Assembly (NCBI GenBank): GCA_031411295.1
Contig: JANOAV010000208.1
Location: 1 to 59,444, forward strand
Length of the DNA: 59,444 nt
Reading direction: 5' to 3'
Source of the DNA: Verrucomicrobiales bacterium
Lineage (GTDB): Bacteria; Verrucomicrobiota; Verrucomicrobiia; Verrucomicrobiales; V1-33
A program made the translations under genes and the position numbers. The stretch's first letter is position 1. The number at the start of each line of letters is the position of its first letter. This document shows positions 1 through 8,043 of the stretch, one piece after another. Below the pieces are notes generated by a model. That model was not told the origin of the DNA and searched no databases. It saw only the letters and a list, made by a program, of their open reading frames with translations.

Positions 1-95
1 TCAACACCGACCTCGAAAAGCAAAACGCATAGGCCCGCCGATCAGCCACCGAGGCCGAAAGCACTGAGTGAATCACCGGGCCTGTCCAACAACTA

Positions 96-128
96 ATAGC
101 TTTGAGGCGCAAAGCCGCTCAAAGCTAT
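96..128. repeat. Inverted repeat with perfect 11-bp arms (ATAGCTTTGAG-N11-CTCAAAGCTAT); terminator- or REP-like hairpin
   Basis: Arms at 96-106 and 118-128 are exact reverse complements. The hairpin supplies the TAG that ends the patatin remnant. Confidence 0.7.
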
Positions 129-526
129 CTTTGAAGGTTCGTCACCGTAATCGCCAATTGAGCTGCCTGACAATCCTCAATGCGCTGATGACCCATAATC
201 TCCCGCAAGAACGCAATGACCCGTTTACCCGTCGTCAGCCCGTTCGTGGGACGGCCGATCAGACGCCGGAACGGCACCGTTACCAAATGCCCCCATTCCA
301 GAAAGGCATGCCGAAATTCCTGACTGGCAAAAATCTCCAGCATCTACTGCGGACGAATCCCTGCCGCAGCCAAACCAGCCACCATAGCCCCGGAAGAGGC
401 CCCGGCCAAATGCCGCAACTCCACGCTCTCCTCCAATCCCACCAAGAATCCCGCATGAGTCGAGATACTGAGAAAGCAGGAACATAGCGTGATCCCCAAA
501 GCACTGTCTTTAATGTCCGCAGCCAT
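125..526 (-). pseudogene. Patatin-like phospholipase, disrupted and truncated
   Basis: ORFs 344..556 and 125..343 share a frame and are separated by one TAG (344-346). Motifs HAGFL, GASSGA (GxSxG) and LAITVTNL are present. The frame stops at 125 before any DGG motif. Confidence 0.75.
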
Positions 527-717
527 AATTGTAGTGATCCTACCTTCGCGACCCAAAACCTTTACTCAAATGATATTTACTCCCTGACGCTGACTCCAAA
601 AGGGAGGATTCAGCCGAACGGGTAGTCCTTGATTTGTCCTGCCAGACCCAGCAGGAAGCCATGACCTCGGCGCAAACACGGGTGTGGACAGCAATCCCGT
701 TGCTTTTAGACTGAAGC

Positions 718-1494
718 ATGACAAACACCCACATGCCGTCGAGCAGCGCATCAAATCACCATGCTGCCAGTGAGACGCATCAGGCCGCTGAGCTGTTCCC
801 GGCCACACCATGGTCGGTAATTCGACAAGTGCAGGCGACGGACGAATCCGTGCAACGCCTGGGATGGGATCGGATGTGCCGCAACTATTGGAGACCGGTT
901 TACGCATGGTTGCGGGCGCGTGGTTCCTCGGCCGAGGATGCGGAGGATCTAACGCAGGAGTTCTTTTCCCGGCTCATTGCCGGAGCGTATCTCGCGGAAG
1001 TCTGCGCGGAGAAGGGACGGTTGCGTTCTTTTCTGCTGGTGGTGCTGAAGCGTCAGGCGGCCAATGCGTGGGAATATCGGCAAGCTCTAAAACGTGGCGG
1101 AGGCAAGATCATGGTTCCTCTGGATGCCAAAGGGGCAGAGGAGGCGTGGAAAAGTCTGCCAATGGATGGTGCCGCTCCGGATGTGATTTTTGATCGCCAA
1201 TGGGCGATGCAAATCCTGGAACAGGTGATGGGTGAGTTGCGCGAAATTTATTTCAAGGCTGGCAAAGGTGAGTTATTTGAAGAATTGCGCGAGTATATCT
1301 CCGGAGCGTCGCAGGAAGAATCCTACGCCGCTTCCGCGGAGCGACTGGGGATGAGCGAGGGCGCGATTAAGGTGGCTGCCTTCCGCTTGCGGGAGCGCTA
1401 TCGCGAGCGCTTGCGGGCCGCAGTGACCGATACCGTCGGTTCAGCGGAAGAAGTGACCGATGAGATCAACTGGTTATTCCGTGTCTTCCGTTAA
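718..1494 (+). CDS. ECF-type RNA polymerase sigma factor, PVC kinase-associated type
   Basis: N-terminal FPATPWS, region 2 YWRPVYAWLR..DAEDLTQEFF..GRLRSFL, region 4 YAASAERLGMSEGAIKVAAFRLR. Lies directly upstream of a Ser/Thr kinase. Confidence 0.9.
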   Translation: MTNTHMPSSSASNHHAASETHQAAELFPATPWSVIRQVQATDESVQRLGWDRMCRNYWRPVYAWLRARGSSAEDAEDLTQEFFSRLIAGAYLAEVCAEKGRLRSFLLVVLKRQAANAWEYRQALKRGGGKIMVPLDAKGAEEAWKSLPMDGAAPDVIFDRQWAMQILEQVMGELREIYFKAGKGELFEELREYISGASQEESYAASAERLGMSEGAIKVAAFRLRERYRERLRAAVTDTVGSAEEVTDEINWLFRVFR

Positions 1495-1604
1495 GACCTC
1501 GTTTTCCCGAGTGGAGAATTTATTTTCATAAATAATTGTAACGATTTCGGATTTAATCTGATGTTAAGGTTTAGAGGGAGCAGGTTGCTCACCCGCCTTA
1601 ATCC

Positions 1605-4600
1605 ATGGATGCACCAAATAACCATTCGAATTGTTCCCGCTGCGGCACGCTGCTCCCAGACGGTTATGCCGAGCGGCAATGTCTGTGCTGCCTTTGGGAG
1701 GCAGGCATGGCGGCCGAGGAATCTCCCCCTGACCTGGACGCGTTTCCAGACTTGATTCCAGCCGGCGGGGCGGTGCAGGAGGAAACGCGGGAAGTGATGG
1801 GCAGCATGATCGGGCGCTATCGCCTGCTGCAGGAAATCGGAGAGGGCGGATTCGGGATCGTTTACATGGCAGAGCAGCGGGAGCCAGTGAAACGGGTAGT
1901 GGCGCTCAAGGTGCTCAAGCCTGGCATGGATACGCGCGAGGTGGTGGCTCGCTTTGAAGGCGAATGGCAAACCTTGGCCCTCATGAATCACCCCAACATT
2001 GCGCAGGTCTATGATGGTGGGGCCACCGCCAGCGGGCGACCTTATTTTGTCATGGAATTGGTCAATGGCATCCCGCTGACCAAATATTGCGATGCTCATG
2101 GCTACACCATTCGCCAGCGTCTGGAACTGTTTCTCGACGTGCTGGCCGCAGTTCAGCACGCGCATCAAAAGGGCATTATCCATCGTGATCTGAAGCCTTC
2201 GAATATTCTCGTGAGCGAACATGATGGGAAGCCGCGCATCAAAGTCATCGACTTTGGAATTGCCAAGGCATTGCTTGGCGAGCGCACCCATACCACCGTC
2301 TTTACCGGTTTCGGTAAACTGATTGGGACGCCCCAGTATATGAGTCCGGAGCAAGCCGAATGGAATGCGCTGGATGTGGATACGCGCAGCGATCTCTACT
2401 CGCTTGGCGTGGTGCTTTACGAATTGCTGACCGGGCGCACTCCTTTGGAGGGCAAACAAGTGCGGGAGGCGGGCTTTGCTGAAATGCAGCATTTGATCCG
2501 CGAAGTGGAACCTCTGCGTCCCTCGCTCACGACCACCAGTATGGCACCGCAGGATCGTGAGCGGGTTGTGCACCAAAGGATGACGGAACCCGCCAAAATG
2601 GCCGCCCTGCTCCGCGGTGACTTGGATTCCGTCATTCTCAAGGCCCTGGCCAAAGAGCGCACTCGGCGGTATCAAACGGCCAATGGACTGGCCCACGACA
2701 TCAGGCGTTTTCTTGATGACGAACCGGTCTCCGCCTCTCCGCCCTCGACGATCTATCGTTTCGTGAAATTTTCCAAGCGCCATCGGTTTGCGGTCGCGTG
2801 GACGGCGGCCATTATCCTGGTGGTGCTCTCAGCCACGGTGGGCATGACCTACCTTTACATCAAATCCCAGCAGCGGGCGGCTGAAATCGAACGGCAGCGG
2901 TGGGATGCCCTGCTGGCACAAGCCGCAGCGCTCCGCTGGAGCGGTGAGCCGGGGCGGCGTTTCAAGGCCTTCGAGGCCCTGCGAGAAGCGTCGTTGATTA
3001 CCTCGCAAGTGCAGCAATCGAATAATAAAAGCGAACTGCGTGATGCCGTGATCGGTTGTCTCGCCATTGTCGATATGCGTCCGCTGGATCCCTGGTCGGG
3101 GAATCCGGGGCGGGGAAATTTGGTTTCTCTCAACCGCGCGGGAACGCACTATGCCTGCACTTATCGCGATGGTGCAGTGACCATATTTTCGCATCCTGCG
3201 CACTTGGCAGTGGCATCATTTCCCGGAACAGGCGCGCCCGTCGCGCAAGTGCTGCAGTTCAGCCCCGATGGCAGGCAATTGGCCGTGGCCTATGGCACTG
3301 AGACCGCATGGGCGCTCAAGTTATGGCAAGTGGACGGGACCTCGACTCCGCTGAGTCTGGGCGATGGCAGGAACCACGCCTTTGATTTTTTCCCGGACGG
3401 AAAACACTGTTTGCTCGGCAGGGAAACTGCAAACGGCCCCGTGCTGGATAGAGTGGCAATCGATTCCGGGACGAGTGTAAGGCAATTCAAGTTACCCAGT
3501 ATACCACACTCGGTTAGTGTTAGCCACGACGGAAAATACCTCGCCCTCAGCCTGCCCGGCTCGGGGGAAGCAACTGGGCGATTGGAGATTCGGGATGCAA
3601 CCACCGGAGTGGTGCTGGTGACGCAACCTGTAGCAAAGCCCGGCGTGCTGGCGTGGAGCCCGGTGGACGATTCACTGGCGCTGACCACGGGCAACAGAAT
3701 TCTGGTGGCATGGCAGGACGATGAATGGGCGCTGGGGGGCGTTGATCTGCGCGGGCATACGGATTTGGTGGACGGGCTGGCCTGGAGCCCGGATGGTCGG
3801 CTCCTGGCTTCCCAAGGACTGGACGCCACCGTGCGCCTGTGGGATCCATTTCAAGGAGGGCCGCTTAGCTGGCGAGCCGGACGCGCCCGCGGGCTGGCGT
3901 TCTCACCGGATGGAACACGTTTGGGATTCCTTTGTGACGGGCAAATGCTGGCACAGATGGAAGTGGCCTCTGGAGACGTCTGCTATCGTGGCCGGGGCCA
4001 TCCCGGGGAAGGCGGCACCATTGCCGCCACTTGGAATCTGACGGGCACGCTGATGGCCACCTGTGGTAATGATGGGGTGCGGCTCTGGAATCGAGAGGGG
4101 CGGAACCTTGGGCTGCTGCGCGTGCCGATGGCCAAAGGATTGGCTTTCATGCCTGAAGCGCTCTTGGTGGCTTCTGCCAGCGGACTGCAAATGTTTCCCT
4201 TCAAAACAACCTTAGTGCCCGGCGGGACTGAAGCGACATTTGCTCCGCCCGTTAGCATCGGATCCTTTCGGCTCTGCGGGCCCATTTCACTCGCGCTCGC
4301 AAAGGATGTGGCGCTGCTCGCGATGATCGGAAAGCAAGCGGTTGCCCCGGATGAACCGATGGGTGTCTGGGTCCTGGATTTGCAGAATAAATTATTACCC
4401 CAACGGCTGGAAGGTCCCGCTGGCGTGGCCTCATGCGCGATCACCATGGATGGTCAGTGGCTGGCGGCCGGAACCTCGCACGGCCATGGCGTCCGGGTTT
4501 GGAATCTGCAGCAAAATGCCGCCGTGACGGATCTACCAGTGCCAGGGCCTGCGACCGTAGTCTTTTCCCCGGACAAAAAGTGGCTCGTCACCGCTGGCTC

Positions 4601-5003
4601 GGATAACCACTCCTTCTGGAGCCCGGGGGATTGGCGCTTGGAGCACCAGATTCCGAGCGAGACGGGTGATCGCACCGGCACCGTGGCCTTTAGCCCGCGT
4701 AATACAGCGCTGGCTGTCTCCTTCCGCCGAGCGGAGCTCCGAGTGCTGCATCCACGGACCTTGGAGGAACTCTCCAGTCCCGATTTCGACCGTGAAATTC
4801 CGCTGTGTTTTGACACCTATGGCATTCAGCTCGTCAATGCTTCCCAAGGGGGCGGGATCGTTTTTTGGAAACTGGATGCGGTGCGGGCACAACTGGATGC
4901 CATGAAACTGGATTGGGCCGAACTGCGCAAGATTCCCGCTCTCACCCTGCCCCTGATGCAACGGGTCGTGGTGCCGGAGGTGAATTCCTCGAATCCTCAG
5001 TGA
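1605..5003 (+). CDS. Hanks-type Ser/Thr protein kinase with TM segment and C-terminal WD40 beta-propeller
   Basis: Kinase motifs GEGGFG, VALKVLK, HRDLKPSN, DFG and GTPQYMSPE. Hydrophobic FAVAWTAAIILVVLSATVGMTYLYI. WD40 repeats such as GHTDLVDGLAWSPDGRLLASQGLDATVRLWD. Confidence 0.95.
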   Translation: MDAPNNHSNCSRCGTLLPDGYAERQCLCCLWEAGMAAEESPPDLDAFPDLIPAGGAVQEETREVMGSMIGRYRLLQEIGEGGFGIVYMAEQREPVKRVVALKVLKPGMDTREVVARFEGEWQTLALMNHPNIAQVYDGGATASGRPYFVMELVNGIPLTKYCDAHGYTIRQRLELFLDVLAAVQHAHQKGIIHRDLKPSNILVSEHDGKPRIKVIDFGIAKALLGERTHTTVFTGFGKLIGTPQYMSPEQAEWNALDVDTRSDLYSLGVVLYELLTGRTPLEGKQVREAGFAEMQHLIREVEPLRPSLTTTSMAPQDRERVVHQRMTEPAKMAALLRGDLDSVILKALAKERTRRYQTANGLAHDIRRFLDDEPVSASPPSTIYRFVKFSKRHRFAVAWTAAIILVVLSATVGMTYLYIKSQQRAAEIERQRWDALLAQAAALRWSGEPGRRFKAFEALREASLITSQVQQSNNKSELRDAVIGCLAIVDMRPLDPWSGNPGRGNLVSLNRAGTHYACTYRDGAVTIFSHPAHLAVASFPGTGAPVAQVLQFSPDGRQLAVAYGTETAWALKLWQVDGTSTPLSLGDGRNHAFDFFPDGKHCLLGRETANGPVLDRVAIDSGTSVRQFKLPSIPHSVSVSHDGKYLALSLPGSGEATGRLEIRDATTGVVLVTQPVAKPGVLAWSPVDDSLALTTGNRILVAWQDDEWALGGVDLRGHTDLVDGLAWSPDGRLLASQGLDATVRLWDPFQGGPLSWRAGRARGLAFSPDGTRLGFLCDGQMLAQMEVASGDVCYRGRGHPGEGGTIAATWNLTGTLMATCGNDGVRLWNREGRNLGLLRVPMAKGLAFMPEALLVASASGLQMFPFKTTLVPGGTEATFAPPVSIGSFRLCGPISLALAKDVALLAMIGKQAVAPDEPMGVWVLDLQNKLLPQRLEGPAGVASCAITMDGQWLAAGTSHGHGVRVWNLQQNAAVTDLPVPGPATVVFSPDKKWLVTAGSDNHSFWSPGDWRLEHQIPSETGDRTGTVAFSPRNTALAVSFRRAELRVLHPRTLEELSSPDFDREIPLCFDTYGIQLVNASQGGGIVFWKLDAVRAQLDAMKLDWAELRKIPALTLPLMQRVVVPEVNSSNPQ

Positions 5004-5121
5004 GCACGGCACAGCGCCGGCTGAAGCTCAAGCCTGTTTCTCCTGCAAAGAAAATAAGTTTACCAAGCAGTGTAACCAATTGGCGAAATTCCTGATTTCC
5101 CAAGTGACAACCACACTACTT

Positions 5122-5919
5122 ATGAAAACATCACTACTACTGCCAATCCTAGCCTCCTCAATTCTCGCTTCTTGCTCCTCGACCCCTGCCGCCCCGCAGC
5201 GTCGTCCCAATCTCGGCACCGTAGGTGTCGTCTGCCGCCCAGGCTCTGACCGACTCAAAGTGGAACGCCCGGCATCCGCCAAGGAACGTTTCACGGACGG
5301 TATGACTGGTCACGCCAAGTGCGTGATAGGCGCCGGAGCTGATTTATGCTCCGTAGAATATGGGGCCTTGATCGGCTTGCCATTAATCTACACCGTCGCG
5401 CTCTCGCCCATTACAGGGGCCGTGAACTCGACCCGAGGAGTGCCTCTGGAAAGCGGTTTGCGACACCAACAGGCCATCCGCCAATCCCTCAACACCCGCG
5501 ACTGGAATGGCCTGATGGCGCAAAAGATTAAAGTCCATGCCCCCACCGGCAAGTCACTGGCCTGGGTTCAGACGGCAGCAGGCGATGCTGCCACCGCCAA
5601 CGCATCTTTCAAAGGAGCCGACACCCGAGCTGAAGTCGAACTCTGGGGGCCTTCCCTCTTGGTGACCGACGGTTGGAGCCCCAAGGAACAAGTGAGGGTC
5701 GCCTTGCGGGTAAATTTTGTTAGCTCCAAAAACGACCGTCCCAACCATGTCGTATGGATTCGCATTCAAGACGGACCCAAACGCACGCAAGCAGAATGGG
5801 CAGCGGACCCAAAAGGCTTGGAGCGTGAGATATCCCGCGCCATGGACCAGGCCGCAAAGGAACTGGCGCAAAAAATGACTTCCGATGATGGCAGCGGCCG
5901 GGTGGTTGCTAGCAACTAG
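5122..5919 (+). CDS. Hypothetical lipoprotein
   Basis: ATG 5122 gives MKTSLLLPILASSILASC, a signal peptide II with lipobox LASC. Confidence 0.7.
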   Translation: MKTSLLLPILASSILASCSSTPAAPQRRPNLGTVGVVCRPGSDRLKVERPASAKERFTDGMTGHAKCVIGAGADLCSVEYGALIGLPLIYTVALSPITGAVNSTRGVPLESGLRHQQAIRQSLNTRDWNGLMAQKIKVHAPTGKSLAWVQTAAGDAATANASFKGADTRAEVELWGPSLLVTDGWSPKEQVRVALRVNFVSSKNDRPNHVVWIRIQDGPKRTQAEWAADPKGLEREISRAMDQAAKELAQKMTSDDGSGRVVASN

Positions 5920-6016
5920 CAAGCGCCAGCCCTGCTCGATCGCCTGTAACCATTTCCCAGGATTCCTGATTCCTCTGGTGACGCCGGGCCCAACTTCAAA
6001 CCCAGCAGCACCTTTT

Positions 6017-7213
6017 ATGAATTGGCACACCATCTTTCACGCATTCATCCGTCGGCTGTATTACAGCCGGGTGAAGCTGCTAGGCACGGAACACATCCCC
6101 GCCAATGGCCCGGTGTTGGCCTTGTGTCTGCATCGGAACGGTGCGGTGGATGGCTTTGTGTATCGTGGCGCATTACCACGGGTGGCGTATATGCTGAAGT
6201 CCACCTTGAGACGGAGCTTGATGGGAAAGCTGTTCTTCGATGGAGTCGAAGTGTCTCGCACGGAGGATGGGGGCCGCAATGGGAATGCCGCCGTGCTTGA
6301 TGAATGCATTGTCTGGCTGCAACGAGGGGGATGTCTGGGGGTCTTTCCGGAGGGCACCAGTGCCTTGGGGCCACGACACTTCCCATTCAAGAGCGGAGCG
6401 GCCCGCATTGCCCAGGGGTATCTGCAAAAAGGCTTGTCGCTCACCGTGCTCCCCTTGGGGATCCACTATGAACGCGCCTGGGCTTTTCGTTCCCGGGTGG
6501 AAATCGTGATCGGTCCACCAGTGACGATACCCTCAGGGAAGGCGCTGGCTTCGCCTGGGGCCGGTTTGCTCGAAATCAAACATCGTTTCACGGCAGCGTT
6601 GGAATCCGTGGGGGTAAACTTCCCCGACCCCACCACGCAAGAACTGGCGCAGCAGCTGGCATATATTGCCACCCTGGGGACCGATCGATCCTATTTCTCG
6701 GCGTTAAAGCAAATGGAACAGCAACTACCAACCAAGGCGGTCGAGGCTTGGCAAGCCTTCGCGCAGCAGGCGAACGGAGCACCGCTGTTACGGCATCAGG
6801 GAGTGCCGTTGTTCCCCCTGCGCTGGCCATGGGCTTATGCTCTGGCGGCACTAACACTGGCGGTTCCAGTGCTGTTGGGAGCTGTAATGAATGCCCTGCC
6901 ATTGGCGGTGGCTTGGTGGGCGGGGTGCAAATTTCCAGACGATTTGAATGTCATTGCCCTCTGGAGAATTCTTACGGGCGTTCCGATACTCATCCTCTGG
7001 GCGGTGCTCTGGCTCGTAGCAGGGACCGTCTCTGGGCTCTGGTGGCTGCCGCTGCTCTATTTCAGCTTCACGTATCTGGCCGTGCTGGGGTGGTATCGGC
7101 TGAAGAAATTTTGTGTCGTGGCGTGGAATGGCATCGTCAACTCAAAGTTGCGCGGAGCCGCCTTGAAGATTCACCACGCGGTCTTGGACGCGCTGCCGGA
7201 TTCCCGCTCATGA
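6017..7213 (+). CDS. PlsC-like glycerolipid acyltransferase with C-terminal TM helices
   Basis: Motif I-like HRNGAVD, motif III VFPEGTS, FKSGAARIA and C-terminal hydrophobic segments. Start placed at ATG 6017. Confidence 0.85.
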   Translation: MNWHTIFHAFIRRLYYSRVKLLGTEHIPANGPVLALCLHRNGAVDGFVYRGALPRVAYMLKSTLRRSLMGKLFFDGVEVSRTEDGGRNGNAAVLDECIVWLQRGGCLGVFPEGTSALGPRHFPFKSGAARIAQGYLQKGLSLTVLPLGIHYERAWAFRSRVEIVIGPPVTIPSGKALASPGAGLLEIKHRFTAALESVGVNFPDPTTQELAQQLAYIATLGTDRSYFSALKQMEQQLPTKAVEAWQAFAQQANGAPLLRHQGVPLFPLRWPWAYALAALTLAVPVLLGAVMNALPLAVAWWAGCKFPDDLNVIALWRILTGVPILILWAVLWLVAGTVSGLWWLPLLYFSFTYLAVLGWYRLKKFCVVAWNGIVNSKLRGAALKIHHAVLDALPDSRS

Positions 7214-8043
7214 ATAAATTACCGAAAATGCATGGTTACGAATGGATTTTTAGTGGCTTCCTATTGGTCACGGCCGCACGCTTGTGGGCGGCAGGAGCCT
7301 GGGCGCTGGGCGGGGCGTTTGCCAGTATGGCCGGGGTGATCTGGCTGGCGGCACTCGCGGCTACCCGATGGCCTTCCGCGATGCGTTGGCGGATGGTGTG
7401 GTTACCAGTGCTGGTCAATTTAGTTTACTGGAAACTAGGAGTGGTGATGCAAATTTTGCACCCTGCGAAATACGATGACTGGCTGCTTGGCATAGATCGC
7501 GCAGTGCTGGGGGAAACGCCAGCGCTGCGTTGGCAGATGTGGTCACACCCAATCGTAACAGAAATACTCAGCGGTTGCTATCTGATGTTTTTCCCAGCCG
7601 TGCTGGTGGCTTTTGGCGCAGCCATCTGCAGGCCGAATAAATACGGAGTGCAACTAGCCAATGGTCTCATAGGAATCTATGGGCTGGGGTTCCTCGGCTA
7701 CACCCTGATTCCAGCCATGGGGCCGCATTTGGCGCTGGCGCATGCTTTCCACGAACCTTTGACAGGTGGTCTGCTCACCAAAACGAATGCCTCGTTAGTG
7801 ACTCAGGGAAGCAATCAGGTGGATGTGTTTCCCAGTCTGCATGTTGCAATTACCGTCTTTTTACTGGGCTGGCTGTGGCGGCACCACCGTCGCGCTTTCC
7901 CCTTTCTCCTGTTTCCCGCCGTGGGTCTCGGCGGGGCGACAATTTACCTGCGCTATCACTATGCCGTCGATGTCGCGGCCGGAATCCTTCTGGCTGCACT
8001 TGGAATGCGGATGGCGCGCAACCCTGATACATCCCATGAATAA
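7210..8043 (+). CDS. PAP2-superfamily integral membrane protein (AUR1/IPC-synthase-like)
   Basis: ATGA overlap with the upstream stop. Motifs YTLIPAMGP, FPSLH and RYHYAVD, with multiple TM segments. Confidence 0.85.
   Translation: MNKLPKMHGYEWIFSGFLLVTAARLWAAGAWALGGAFASMAGVIWLAALAATRWPSAMRWRMVWLPVLVNLVYWKLGVVMQILHPAKYDDWLLGIDRAVLGETPALRWQMWSHPIVTEILSGCYLMFFPAVLVAFGAAICRPNKYGVQLANGLIGIYGLGFLGYTLIPAMGPHLALAHAFHEPLTGGLLTKTNASLVTQGSNQVDVFPSLHVAITVFLLGWLWRHHRRAFPFLLFPAVGLGGATIYLRYHYAVDVAAGILLAALGMRMARNPDTSHE

Noticed and set aside
1491..2783. Long antisense ORFs (e.g. 1491..2783, 12902..13816, 21661..22656, 24486..25352, 37973..39064)
   Set aside because: They lie opposite well-supported genes and lack motifs, as expected for shadow ORFs in GC-rich DNA.
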